64,000 nucleotides of DNA from an uncultured Flavobacteriales bacterium. GTDB lineage: Bacteria > Bacteroidota > Bacteroidia > Flavobacteriales_D > Crocinitomicaceae. The notes under the pieces were generated by a model. It did not search any database. It saw nothing but the letters and a program-made list of their open reading frames with translations, and was not told the DNA's origin. Shown piece by piece: positions 27,128 to 37,410 of this stretch. The stretch is from assembly GCA_903945495.1 (NCBI GenBank), contig CAJAVU010000059.1, forward strand, positions 1,091-65,090, given 5' to 3'. Position numbers and translations under genes: made by a program. Position 1 is the first letter of the stretch. Each line of letters opens with the position of its first letter.

Positions 27128-28600
27128 TTAATTGATGATATCATTTAAATTGAATTCATTGTCTTTGTTCAATAAATCAATTTTGGAAGAAGCAATTAAC
27201 GGGACTTTTATGAAAATGTGACATCCATTACCCGGTGTAGAATTAATTTCTAAAAAACCACCAAACAAGTCCATACGACGTTTCATATTTGCAAAACCTA
27301 TCCCTTCAAATGACTGATTTTTATCAAATCCTTTACCATTGTCAGCAATGCTCATCATAATGTGATTGTCGAAATGCTTTACATCAATATTTATTTCAGT
27401 TGCTTCAGCATATTTCTGTATGTTACGCAATTGTTCTTGTAAGATTCTGAAAAGATTTAAATGTAGGTCAACTCCGATTTTAACATCATTTAATTCTTCA
27501 TCAATGTGAACATTAAAATGGTATACATCATTGACGTTGAACGTACTAATCAAGGATGAAAAAGAATCAATGATTTTTGTATCGTCGAAAAAAGCAGGAG
27601 CTAAACGATGCGATAGATTTCTGATTTCTTTCAGCGAACGAATAATTAATTCCAACGATTGGTCATACCATTTTTTAGAATCATCATCCAATTTACCTTC
27701 TAGCATATACAAACCAAGTTGGCTTGTTGTTAGCAGCTGACAAACATTATCATGTAATTCAGCACCTAGTTCATAACGTTCATCTTCTTGTGCTTGAATA
27801 ATTGCGCGCGTCATTTTGTTATCAAACTCAAGTTTTTCGGTAATATCAATTCCAATTACCAACAAATATTGTTTTGCTCCAAGTGTAATTAAGCTGTTGT
27901 AAATTTCAACCTCAATAACTTCTTTGTTCTTTTTTACATGTTTGAATCTACCTGCAAATGGCTTGAAATTTCCACTTTTGGCATTTTCAATGGCATTCAT
28001 TGTGCGGAACTTATCCTCACTAAAACGAATATCAAATACGGTCATAGCAAGAAATTCTTCCTCCGAATAACCATATTTATCTTGAGCAGCTTTGTTTGCT
28101 TGAACATAGCGATAATCACTTGGATCAATTACCCACATGGGTTGAGGCGATAAATGGAACAGTGAAGAATAACGCTCTTCAGATTCAGTTAAAGCAGTTG
28201 CAATTTTTTTCCGTTCAATATTGTATACAATAGACTTATAAAGCGTTTGTGAACCAATTTCGTCTTTCAATAAATAATCAGAAACGCCTAAGGCAAGAGA
28301 CTTGATGCCAAATTGTACGTCAGCATAGCCTGTTAGCACGATGACAGGAATATTTTTTGTCTTAGAAATAATACCATTGATTAATTCTTCACCACTAATT
28401 TCAGGTAAAGACAAATCAAGCAAAACCACATCGAAATGGTATTCATTATTTTCAAGTAGTTCACATGCCTCATGATATGTCTGAGCATTCTGAATACTTG
28501 GTTCAAAAATACTTTCTTCCAAGTAATCGCTGATGAGTAACAAATCACCAGGATTATCTTCAACAACAAGAATGGAATATTTTGTATGGTCCAATGACAT
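27128..28600 (-). CDS. hybrid REC-PAS-HisKA_3-HATPase histidine kinase (NarX/DegS-type core)
   Basis: REC (ILVVEDNPGD...VLLDLSLP). PAS region. ERYELGAELHDNVCQ is a HisKA_3 H-box. ADNGKGF and GIGFANM are ATPase boxes. Confidence 0.88.
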   Translation of the reverse strand: MSLDHTKYSILVVEDNPGDLLLISDYLEESIFEPSIQNAQTYHEACELLENNEYHFDVVLLDLSLPEISGEELINGIISKTKNIPVIVLTGYADVQFGIKSLALGVSDYLLKDEIGSQTLYKSIVYNIERKKIATALTESEERYSSLFHLSPQPMWVIDPSDYRYVQANKAAQDKYGYSEEEFLAMTVFDIRFSEDKFRTMNAIENAKSGNFKPFAGRFKHVKKNKEVIEVEIYNSLITLGAKQYLLVIGIDITEKLEFDNKMTRAIIQAQEDERYELGAELHDNVCQLLTTSQLGLYMLEGKLDDDSKKWYDQSLELIIRSLKEIRNLSHRLAPAFFDDTKIIDSFSSLISTFNVNDVYHFNVHIDEELNDVKIGVDLHLNLFRILQEQLRNIQKYAEATEINIDVKHFDNHIMMSIADNGKGFDKNQSFEGIGFANMKRRMDLFGGFLEINSTPGNGCHIFIKVPLIASSKIDLLNKDNEFNLNDIIN

Positions 28601-28612
28601 AGTGGTTTTGAT

Positions 28613-29035
28613 TTATTGTCTTGGTAATTTAACAATTGAAAACCAAAAATCTTCAATTGATTCAATCGCTTTTACAAATTCATCTATTTCGACGGGTTTG
28701 GTAATAAAACAATTTGCATGATTTTTATACGATTTTAAAATATCCATTTCAGAAGATGATGTACTTAAAATGATAACGGGAACATGTTTAAAATGTTCGT
28801 TTTGTTTCAGTTGTTCTAAAACCTCATGACCGTTTAATTTAGGTAAGTTGATATCTAGTAATACCAAATCTGGTAATTGTCCATTTTGGAAGCTTTCTTC
28901 TAATTTATCGATTGCCTCTTGCCCGTCTCGCGCAACGCTAATAACATTTGCTATTCTGCCTTCTTCTAATGCTTCAACGGTTAAAAGGATGTCTCCTTCA
29001 TTATCTTCAACCAAAAGAATGTTAACGTTTTTCAT
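28613..29035 (-). CDS. single-domain (CheY-like) response regulator
   Basis: NILLVEDNEGD...LVLLDINLPKLNG...VIILSTS...FITKP. No output domain. Overlaps the upstream kinase by 14 nt. Confidence 0.9.
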   Translation of the reverse strand: MKNVNILLVEDNEGDILLTVEALEEGRIANVISVARDGQEAIDKLEESFQNGQLPDLVLLDINLPKLNGHEVLEQLKQNEHFKHVPVIILSTSSSEMDILKSYKNHANCFITKPVEIDEFVKAIESIEDFWFSIVKLPRQ

Positions 29036-30401
29036 GATTATTTATGTTAGACTTTGGTAATGTAAACAAAAAATTGGTTCCTTCATTCGAATTTGATTCA
29101 AACCAAATCTCACCACCAAGGTCGGTTACTACTTTTTTACAAATTGCTAGGCCCAAACCAGAACCTGAAATTTCTTCTTCGCGATGCAGTCGCTGAAAAA
29201 TGGTAAATACTTTTGATTGGTATTTTTCTTCGATTCCGATTCCATTGTCTTTTACAGAAAATAAATATTCCTTTTCATTTTCGTTACAGGTAATTTCTAA
29301 AACGAGTGAAACTTCATTTTTTCGGTATTTAATGGCGTTGCTTATCAGATTTTGAAATAAACGAATAACGGAAGATTTTGGAGCAAAAATCGTTGGAAGT
29401 TCACCAATTATTAAAGTCGATTGCGTCGCACTAATTTCCTCTTGAAATATGTCTAATCCAACCTCAAGAATTTCATTTAAATTAATCCATTCTGCTTCTT
29501 GTATTGAACGTTGAAAACGCGAGTATTCCAATAAATCAATAATCATTTTTCGCATGCGTTTTGATCCATCAACGGCAAAATGAAGATACGTTTTACCTTT
29601 TTCATCGAGTACATCACCATATTTTTGTTCTATTTTCTCCATGAAGCTTGACACCATACGCAGTGGTTCTTGCAAATCATGTGAAGCGATATAAGCAAAT
29701 TGCTCAAGTTCTTCATTTTTGCGATGAAGAATTGATAGAGTTTTTTCTAATTCTTGTTGTTTTAACTCAAGTTTTTCTTTCAAACGATGCTCTTCATTGA
29801 TGGTTGACTGCATTTTTTTAAATACATACGGAATGATGAAGGCAAACAAATAACTCATTAAAATCAAGTTCCCAGCAACTGCTCCCCATTCTTCAACAAT
29901 ATGTTTACGGAATATAAAATTTCGCCACTCAAAATAATCCAAGTTCAAGAGTACTGCAAATAGGATTAATATCACAAGGTTTAAATGCGCAAAATAGATG
30001 GCTGATTTATTGGAGAAAAAAACAATACCAAATAAACAGGCAGCTAACAAGAGGATCAACCCAGGACCAAGCATTCCTACAAACCAAATAGCTACAATGG
30101 CAATGAAATAAGAGATGGTTATAAAAATAATTTTTCGCATTTCTAAAGAAATACGAATTGGCAAAGTGATGGTGATTAAGGCAACTAATGCAACAATGTC
30201 TGCAATTCCCAAGTAAGGTAAATCCACATGAAATGAATAGATGATCCCTGGTACAAAAGCAACAGTACTAAGAGGTAATAAAATTGTAAGCGTATATTTG
30301 AAAATAATGTCTTTTTTCAAATCAAGCTCAGTTTGATTACCTTGATTTCTGCCGTAACTGCGAAATAGTTTTGTAGTATATTTTCTCCAAAGTTCCTTCA
30401 T
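29022..30401 (-). CDS. membrane sensor histidine kinase (multi-TM N-terminus, HisKA, HATPase)
   Basis: About 6 N-terminal TM helices and a coiled coil. H-box ASHDLQEPLRMV. N, G1 and G2 boxes (NLISNAIKY, DNGIGI, GSGLGLAICK). Confidence 0.88.
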   Translation of the reverse strand: MKELWRKYTTKLFRSYGRNQGNQTELDLKKDIIFKYTLTILLPLSTVAFVPGIIYSFHVDLPYLGIADIVALVALITITLPIRISLEMRKIIFITISYFIAIVAIWFVGMLGPGLILLLAACLFGIVFFSNKSAIYFAHLNLVILILFAVLLNLDYFEWRNFIFRKHIVEEWGAVAGNLILMSYLFAFIIPYVFKKMQSTINEEHRLKEKLELKQQELEKTLSILHRKNEELEQFAYIASHDLQEPLRMVSSFMEKIEQKYGDVLDEKGKTYLHFAVDGSKRMRKMIIDLLEYSRFQRSIQEAEWINLNEILEVGLDIFQEEISATQSTLIIGELPTIFAPKSSVIRLFQNLISNAIKYRKNEVSLVLEITCNENEKEYLFSVKDNGIGIEEKYQSKVFTIFQRLHREEEISGSGLGLAICKKVVTDLGGEIWFESNSNEGTNFLFTLPKSNINNHEKR

Positions 30402-30404
30402 ACG

Positions 30405-33400
30405 TTAATTCTTGTTTTTTGGAATTTTAAAGCAGAATTTCGCTCCGTCTTTGTATTCCGTATCTAACCAAATATCGCCTCCAATATTATCCATCACTTT
30501 TTTACAAATTGCTAAACCAACACCAGTACCGGAATATTTATCTTTGGTATGCAAGCGTTGGAAAATTTGGAAGATTTTATCCTTAAATTGCTCATCGATT
30601 CCAATTCCATTGTCAGCAACAGAGAATTCGTAATGTGTAACACTGTCTGTTGAACTTAAGGTAATCAATGGTTTATTTTCAGTTGAATGGTATTTCAACG
30701 AATTTGAAATTAGATTTTGAAAAACTTGGCGAATTGGGGTTTCAAAAGAATTTATGGTTGGCAAAGGATCGATTACGAATGATGCTTCAATTTCTTGGAT
30801 TTGTTTTCTGTGAAGGATAAGAATTTCCTCAACCAAAATTTTCAAGTCAATTTTTTTGAGTGCCTCTTCGTTACTACCAACACGTGAATATTCCAAAAGG
30901 TCAAGAATTACATGTCGCATACGCTGTGCCCCATCAACAGCATAATGAATGTATTGCGTTGCTTTTTCATCCAATTGATCGCCATATTTCTTTTCAAGTA
31001 GGGTCAAGAAACTTGTTACCATACGAAGGGGTTCCTGCAAATCATGCGAAGAGACGTAGGCAAATTGTTGCAATTCATCATTCGAAACGGCTAATTGTTG
31101 TGCACGATTTTCCAATGTTTCGTTCAGTTCTTGTAATTTTAGTTCCGCTAATTTTCGGTCATTAATATCTTGAAAGTTACCATACAAACGAACACAATTT
31201 CCTTCAATGAATTCTGGTTCCCCCATCACTCTCACCCAACGATTGTTTCCTTTTGCAGTGGTGATTTCCAATTCAATGTCCCAAGATAAACCTTTCATAA
31301 TGGCGTCGCTCATTACATTTACAATGGCATCTCTACTATATCCTTCTTTGTAGAAATTAACCCCGTTCTCCACGCTTGGTTCAAATGAATCTTCGAATTC
31401 GTGTATCTCACGTGTTATTTTTGAATAATACGTTGTTGAATTCACCAAATTAATATCCCACGTTCCCATTTTTGCTAAACGAGAAGCATTTTCCAAAAGA
31501 TTTTTTAAATTATGTTCGTTTGATACATCGGTCATGGAACCTACCATACGTTTGGGGGTGCCAACCTTGTCACGGAAAATGTATCCTCGATCCAAAACCA
31601 ATGCATATTCTCCCGTTGCTTTTAAAAAACGATACTCTTTTTCCCAAAAATCTTCTTCGCTATTTAGTTTTAATCGAATACTATCAATAACATCTTTTTG
31701 GTCATCTGGATGAATGTATTTTGCCCAAGTATGGGAATCATTCGATAATTCCTCTGGTCTATATCCAAAATAATCTAACATTCCATTGGCCCAAAACATT
31801 TTATCGCTTTGGGTATCCCAATCCCAAATAATACTCAAGGTAGCTTTTGTAGCGTATTGAAATCGCTCATTTGCCTTGTTAATATCTTCAATTCGTGCAT
31901 AGTTTTCAATAATCATGCGTAAAATTTGCACACTTCTCTTAATAAGAAGTTCCTCCTGACTATTCGGTTCTTTACATTCTTTAAAGTAAATCGCAAATGT
32001 TGCTAATACTTCATTATTTGAATCGATAATTGGCATTGACCAACAGGCTTTATAGCCATATGGTTGAACATTCGATTTAAAATCAGCCCATCGGACATCT
32101 GTTTCAATATCGGAAACAATAACAGGTTGTTTAGTATACGCTGCTGTGCCGCATGAACCGCGATTATCTCCAATTGCAAGACCATTAATTAGGTTGATAT
32201 AGTCTAGGTGCAAACTTGGCGAAGCAATGTTGTAAACACAATTATTTTGAACCGAAAGAAGTGAGCAAATCATTCCTTCATGAAGCGATTCAATTCCTCG
32301 AATATAATCTGTTGCAATATCCCTTAAATTACTGTTCGGTAGTGCATTTTTTTCTAAGATATTACGCTCCAATTGTTCCATTCGATTGGCAATGTAAGAA
32401 TCCGTTATGTCTCGCGAATTGATTACTATTCCTTCAATTGAAGGGTCATTTATTAAATTTGTAAAAATCGATTCATACCAACGATAGGATCCGTCTTCAT
32501 AGACAACTCTGTGTGGAGATGACTTCACTTTCTGTTCCGCAAGTGTTGATGTGAATTCTTGTTGATATACTGTTAAATCATCCGGGTGAACCTGTAAGAA
32601 GGCATTTTTACCAATGAATTCTTCAAGTGGAATTGGTGTTGCATTGTTGAAATTTGGACTTAAGTATTTAATAAGGCCTTCATCATCAACAATGGCAATT
32701 AAATCCAATCCTCCTTTAATCAGACTTTTTAGACGGTGTTCATTCATAACAAAATCATACTCCGTTTCAGCCTTTTTTCGTAAATCTTTTACAACTCCGT
32801 TAATTAGTTGTTTTTCTTCATCCCAAACAGCAGTGAAATTAACAGGAATAATTGTTTTGTCCTTTAAATACATCGTTCGGTCCGTTGAAACTGTATGCAT
32901 TTTTTTTAACATTTCTAAAAATAATTCCCAAGAGTAGATTCGACTTTCATTTGGAAGTAAATTCACCAAAATGACGCCTAATAAATCTTCTTCAGTATAA
33001 CCCCATGTTTTAACTGAGACATTATCTACGGAAGTAATGATTCCTTTTGTATCAACCGTGCAAACGAGCTTTTCTCCTAGAGATGAATTAGAAATTTCTT
33101 GAAAAGGAATATATCCACTCTTATGAAAAAATACAGATATACACATGCTTTTTTCGTCATCGTCCATAACAAGGTTTGACAGACGAACTCTGTTGAAATT
33201 ATCTTCTAGACGACAAACACCATTTTGTTCACTTGTTCGAAGGATAAACAAATCAAGTTCTTTTTTTTCCGTAAACACTTCATAAAGTACTTTGTCAAGT
33301 TCAATGTGTTCTCCTTTATCATCAATAAAATAAAGGTGATTTAATAAATCATGTGCTTTTTGAGATTCTACGTTCGCAAGTTCTATTTCTGCATTTTCCA

Positions 33401-33515
33401 AAAACGCTTTATTAGCATACCGAATGATTTTATGCTCATGGGCATAGTCAATCACCAATCCTGGGATGGGTACTGAATCAAAAATGGTAATAAAATGAAT
33501 CGCACTCGACTTCAT
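30405..33515 (-). CDS. cytoplasmic multi-PAS/GAF sensor histidine kinase
   Basis: 1036 aa with several PAS/PAC-like units and a central GAF-like region. H-box SSHDLQEPLRMV. The kinase core closely resembles that of the downstream gene. Confidence 0.88.
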   Translation of the reverse strand: MKSSAIHFITIFDSVPIPGLVIDYAHEHKIIRYANKAFLENAEIELANVESQKAHDLLNHLYFIDDKGEHIELDKVLYEVFTEKKELDLFILRTSEQNGVCRLEDNFNRVRLSNLVMDDDEKSMCISVFFHKSGYIPFQEISNSSLGEKLVCTVDTKGIITSVDNVSVKTWGYTEEDLLGVILVNLLPNESRIYSWELFLEMLKKMHTVSTDRTMYLKDKTIIPVNFTAVWDEEKQLINGVVKDLRKKAETEYDFVMNEHRLKSLIKGGLDLIAIVDDEGLIKYLSPNFNNATPIPLEEFIGKNAFLQVHPDDLTVYQQEFTSTLAEQKVKSSPHRVVYEDGSYRWYESIFTNLINDPSIEGIVINSRDITDSYIANRMEQLERNILEKNALPNSNLRDIATDYIRGIESLHEGMICSLLSVQNNCVYNIASPSLHLDYINLINGLAIGDNRGSCGTAAYTKQPVIVSDIETDVRWADFKSNVQPYGYKACWSMPIIDSNNEVLATFAIYFKECKEPNSQEELLIKRSVQILRMIIENYARIEDINKANERFQYATKATLSIIWDWDTQSDKMFWANGMLDYFGYRPEELSNDSHTWAKYIHPDDQKDVIDSIRLKLNSEEDFWEKEYRFLKATGEYALVLDRGYIFRDKVGTPKRMVGSMTDVSNEHNLKNLLENASRLAKMGTWDINLVNSTTYYSKITREIHEFEDSFEPSVENGVNFYKEGYSRDAIVNVMSDAIMKGLSWDIELEITTAKGNNRWVRVMGEPEFIEGNCVRLYGNFQDINDRKLAELKLQELNETLENRAQQLAVSNDELQQFAYVSSHDLQEPLRMVTSFLTLLEKKYGDQLDEKATQYIHYAVDGAQRMRHVILDLLEYSRVGSNEEALKKIDLKILVEEILILHRKQIQEIEASFVIDPLPTINSFETPIRQVFQNLISNSLKYHSTENKPLITLSSTDSVTHYEFSVADNGIGIDEQFKDKIFQIFQRLHTKDKYSGTGVGLAICKKVMDNIGGDIWLDTEYKDGAKFCFKIPKNKN

Positions 33516-33773
33516 AGGTGGCAGTTTTTCATAATTAATAGCGGTCTATTCAATTTGAATTCCAGCAGTAAAATACTAGATTACATTGAATTGAACAACC
33601 AAAAATAAAGTTATTTAAAGTTTATTACAACAATAAATCAACTTTATTGAAAATCTTGGGGGTGGTTTCTATGAAGAATCAATGTTAAATTGATGGAACA
33701 AACCTAACAATTTTTTTTATCAATGAGACATTCGTTGATTACAATCTGTTAAATATTGAACAAATATTTTAAG

Positions 33774-33886
33774 AATACCACTTTTGTGGTATTTATTTAG
33801 AATTGTTCTAAATACCGTGATTGTGGTATTGCCAGATTTCTGTTCCCTTGGTTCCTTTGTGGTGTAATTTAAAATCATTCTAAATA
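33774..33886. promoter_or_regulatory. array of palindromic candidate operator sites upstream of the TonB-dependent receptor
   Basis: AATACCAC-TTTT-GTGGTATT (33774-33793, perfect 8-bp arms). TATTTAGAA-TTG-TTCTAAATA (33794-33814, perfect 9-bp arms). AATACC-N8-GGTATT (33811-33830). Extra half-sites GTGGTGTA (~33859) and TTCTAAATA (33878-33886). Confidence 0.4.
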
Positions 33887-33894
33887 ATACATAA

Positions 33895-36246
33895 ATGAAA
33901 CATATTATACTAATAATCTTTGCATTCCTTTTACAAACAAATGCAAATGCTCAGAACACAATTCTTGAAGGAAAAGTAATTGATGAGAATCAATATCCAA
34001 TTCAAAATGCAAAAGTGTTCATTGATACGATCTATTCCTTTACAGATGAAAATGGCGTTTTCATAATCGCGAATTTATCTCAAAAGAGTAACACTGTTAA
34101 TGTTGAAAAAGCTGGTTTTGAGACAGCGAGTACGCAAGTTCTTATTACAAACGAAATAGAGCGAATTACAATTACCTTGGTTCAAAGGGAACACAACATT
34201 GAAGAGGTAAAAGTCGTTGGTTCTAAATCTATGAACGAACGTCAAGTTGAAATTGGTAAAATTCCTATCAAACCATTTGACTTACCCCAAGCTATTGCTA
34301 TAGTGGATCGTGTTATTTTGGAACAACAGCAATCAGAACAGCTTTCGGATGTGTTGAAAAACACGAACGGCGTTTATATTATGGGAGCAACAGGCGGTTA
34401 CCAAGAAGAAATCGCTGGACGTGGTTTTGCTTTTGGAAGTAATAATACCTTCAAAAATGGAGTACGTTTTAATAATGCAATTATGCCTGAAGTGAGTGCC
34501 TTAGAAAAAATGGAGGTATTAAAAGGTGGAACAGCAATCTTGTACGGAAACGTCGCTGCGGGTGGAGTTTTAAACTTAGTCACGAAGAAACCAAAATTCG
34601 AAAAAGGGGGAGAAGTTACTATGCGCGTATCAAGTTTCGAATTCTTTAAACCAAGTTTGGATATTTATGGAAGTGTTAATAAGAAAAACACAATTGCTTA
34701 TCGTTTGAATACGACCTATCAAAATTCAAAAAGTTTTAGAGATGTGGTTCAAGCAGAACGCTTTTATATCAATCCATCGCTTCTATTTTTAATAGGAAAG
34801 AAAACTGAAATTTTGTTAGAAGGTGATTTCCTTTCTGATAATCGTACCGCTGATTTCGGTGTAGGCGCAATCAATTACCAATTAATTGACATTCCGCGAT
34901 CTACATTTATAGGAACTTCTTGGTCGACAATAAAAACGAATCAATCAAGTTTAACTTCCACAATTACACATCAACTTTCGAAAAATTGGCAACTGCGTAA
35001 TGTTAGTTCGTTCCAGCAATTTACCAATGATTTGTTCTCCAATGTACGCCCGAACAGTTCAAGTAAATTCATCAAAGAGGATGGGACCTGGATTCGAGGA
35101 GTTCAACGTACGCAAATTGATGAGCAATACTATATTACGCAACTTGATTTAACGGGTAAATTTTCTACGGGTAAACTAAAACATGCCTTGTTAGTTGGAG
35201 CTGAAATAGATCAGTATTATACAAATACAACGGCTTTCAATGGAATCAGCAATTATGATACTGTGAATGTGTTTAACATCAATATTTCAACCCAACGTAA
35301 TGATTTACCTAGTTTAACAAAGAAAACAGACACGAGAACGCCAAGAACAAGAACAGGAATTTACATTCAAGATTTAATTTGTTTAAGTTCAAAATTAAAA
35401 GTTCTAGCGGGTGTTCGTTTTTCCTATCTTGAAACAGGAAGCGATGTTTATACCTATTCAACTAACTTAACAACTTATTCTACACTTTACGATCATGCTT
35501 TTTCTCCCAGAGTTGGTGTGGTTTATCAGCCAATAAAAACAATGTCGATTTTCACAAGTTATAGCAATTCATTTACGCCAAATACTGGTGTTGATGTTGA
35601 TGGGAAAGCCTTAGAATCTTCACTTATTGATCAATATGAAGTGGGTGTGAAGAATGATTTTTTCAAAGGGAAAATTTCATTGAATGTCACAGCGTATCAG
35701 ATTAAAAATAGCAACGTAGCCCAAATGGTTTTGGAAGGAGGAAATACAAATTCGAACATCAAAGAATTAGCTGGTGAAATAACAAGCCAAGGGTTAGAAA
35801 TTGATGCCGTTTTGAAACCAATTTGTGGAATGTTTATTCTTGCTGGTTATTCTTTCAATGAAACAGAATATACCAAAAGTTCGATTTACACAGTTGGTGC
35901 GAAATTATTGTATCAACCAAGAAACACCTTTAATACATCTGTTTATTATGAGATTCAAAAAGGAAAATTGAAAGGCTTTAGTGTTGGAATGACTGGTATG
36001 TATTTCGGAAAACGATTCGCAGGACGATTGACACGTTTAAATGTTGTGAATGATACCTATAAACCAATTCCATTACCTGATTATACAACCTTAGATGCGA
36101 GTGTTGGCTATACAAGAGGAAATGTTGCAATTCGCTTTAAAGTAAACAATATCTTTAACGCTTTAAGTTATAATGTGCATGATGACAATAGTGTGAATCC
36201 AATTGCACCAAGTACGTTCATGACAACATTAACGTTAAAATTATAA
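33895..36246 (+). CDS. TonB-dependent (siderophore-type) outer-membrane receptor
   Basis: Signal peptide, CarboxypepD_reg-like N-domain (ILEGKVIDENQYPIQNAKVFI), plug (VLKGGTAILYGNVAAGGVLNLVTK), a long beta-barrel, and a C-terminal aromatic-type end. Confidence 0.9.
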   Translation: MKHIILIIFAFLLQTNANAQNTILEGKVIDENQYPIQNAKVFIDTIYSFTDENGVFIIANLSQKSNTVNVEKAGFETASTQVLITNEIERITITLVQREHNIEEVKVVGSKSMNERQVEIGKIPIKPFDLPQAIAIVDRVILEQQQSEQLSDVLKNTNGVYIMGATGGYQEEIAGRGFAFGSNNTFKNGVRFNNAIMPEVSALEKMEVLKGGTAILYGNVAAGGVLNLVTKKPKFEKGGEVTMRVSSFEFFKPSLDIYGSVNKKNTIAYRLNTTYQNSKSFRDVVQAERFYINPSLLFLIGKKTEILLEGDFLSDNRTADFGVGAINYQLIDIPRSTFIGTSWSTIKTNQSSLTSTITHQLSKNWQLRNVSSFQQFTNDLFSNVRPNSSSKFIKEDGTWIRGVQRTQIDEQYYITQLDLTGKFSTGKLKHALLVGAEIDQYYTNTTAFNGISNYDTVNVFNINISTQRNDLPSLTKKTDTRTPRTRTGIYIQDLICLSSKLKVLAGVRFSYLETGSDVYTYSTNLTTYSTLYDHAFSPRVGVVYQPIKTMSIFTSYSNSFTPNTGVDVDGKALESSLIDQYEVGVKNDFFKGKISLNVTAYQIKNSNVAQMVLEGGNTNSNIKELAGEITSQGLEIDAVLKPICGMFILAGYSFNETEYTKSSIYTVGAKLLYQPRNTFNTSVYYEIQKGKLKGFSVGMTGMYFGKRFAGRLTRLNVVNDTYKPIPLPDYTTLDASVGYTRGNVAIRFKVNNIFNALSYNVHDDNSVNPIAPSTFMTTLTLKL

Positions 36247-36264
36247 TTGCAATAAAAAAAGACC

Positions 36265-37338
36265 ATGAAAAAATTACTTCACACTTTCCATTTATACTTA
36301 GGCTTGATAGCTGGTATTGTAATATTTACAGTTGCAACAACGGGATGTATCGTGGCATTCGAAGAGGAATTACGCGCATATACCTATTCTGATTTATTCG
36401 AAGTAACAAAGGGAGAAAAACGTCTGTCATTGGATGAGTTAAAATTAAAAGCGGTCGAATCTCATCCGAACGAAGGAATTAAATCGATTCGAATTTTAAA
36501 GAACGAAACGGCGAGTGTAGAAATCCAGTTTCAAGATCGTCTATCTGTTTTTGTTGATCCATATTCGGGTAAAGTTCTAGGATCTTTGAATCGCGGAAAA
36601 GATTTTTATGGAAAAGTACTTCGTTTGCACCGTAACTTGATGTTAGATGATGCTGGAGAATGGATTACTGGAATTTCGGCGTTGATTTTTTTCTTTATGC
36701 TAATTAGTGGAATTATTCTCTGGTGGCCAACTAGTAAATGCAATCGAAAAGAGAAATTGGTTATTAAGCGTCATTCTCATTGGGTGAAAAAGAACTATGA
36801 TCTTCACAGTGTATTAGGTTTTTATGCCAGCTGGATGATTTTGTTTACAGTTCTAACAGCGTTAATTTGGTCATTTGAATGGGCCGAAAAAGGAATGTTT
36901 GCTTTAACGAATTCAACCAAAGAAAAGCGAATGGAAGTTACTTCAAATGGTAAAAAAGATTCGACAGAGTTGAGTTTGTCAACAATTTATTCTAGTTCCG
37001 TTGAATTATATCCAGAAAGCAGTGAATTGATTCTGTTTTTACCTGAAGATGATAAAGGTTCAATTCGAACAATGCATCGCTACCGTTCAGGTTTTTTCAA
37101 ACGTCAAGACAACGTTTTTTACGATCAATATACTGGTGAAATCATAAAAGACAAACCATTTGATTCTTTTTCAACTGGGATGAAAGTGCGCATCAGTAAC
37201 GAAAATATTCATACAGGTCGCTCGTTTGGATTGATTGGAAGATGGATTGTTTTCTTTGCTAGTTTAATTTGTGCAAGTTTACCAATCACAGGTTTTTTAA
37301 TTTGGAATAATAAACGGAAAATTGCGAAACAACTTTAA
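36265..37338 (+). CDS. PepSY-associated TM helix domain protein
   Basis: N-terminal TM helix, then a LHRNLML...GISALIFFFMLISGIILWWP-type motif, then C-terminal TM helices. Sits 18 nt after the receptor gene. Confidence 0.85.
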   Translation: MKKLLHTFHLYLGLIAGIVIFTVATTGCIVAFEEELRAYTYSDLFEVTKGEKRLSLDELKLKAVESHPNEGIKSIRILKNETASVEIQFQDRLSVFVDPYSGKVLGSLNRGKDFYGKVLRLHRNLMLDDAGEWITGISALIFFFMLISGIILWWPTSKCNRKEKLVIKRHSHWVKKNYDLHSVLGFYASWMILFTVLTALIWSFEWAEKGMFALTNSTKEKRMEVTSNGKKDSTELSLSTIYSSSVELYPESSELILFLPEDDKGSIRTMHRYRSGFFKRQDNVFYDQYTGEIIKDKPFDSFSTGMKVRISNENIHTGRSFGLIGRWIVFFASLICASLPITGFLIWNNKRKIAKQL

Positions 37339-37353
37339 TAAGGAATTAACAAC

Positions 37354-37383
37354 AGGCGCTTAGGAAATTAGGTGCCTTTTTTG
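37354..37383 (+). terminator. rho-independent terminator
   Basis: AGGCGCT-loop-GGTGCCT stem (includes G-U pairs) followed by T6. It overlaps the ORF-track GTG start at 37372, which argues against that start. Confidence 0.6.
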
Positions 37384-37410
37384 TTATTTCGTGCTCAAAC
37401 AAAATTATCC

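Noticed and set aside
30412-32937. Plus-strand ORFs (73-107 aa) opposite the PAS/GAF kinase gene, and similar ones opposite other large minus-strand genes (39282-41585, 18124-20020).
   Set aside because: They are shadow ORFs on the complement of confident genes, with no independent start context or motif support.
33516-33894. Cobalamin or other riboswitch, or a canonical Fur box, in the 380-nt leader of the TonB-dependent receptor.
   Set aside because: No GC-rich B12-box-like core or other conserved riboswitch motif is visible, and there is no match to the 19-bp Fur consensus. Only the novel palindromes are present.
37372-37410. GTG start proposed by the ORF track for the LURP-like gene.
   Set aside because: This stretch overlaps the terminator hairpin and T-tract of the upstream operon. 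ATG 37411 gives a sensible N-terminus.
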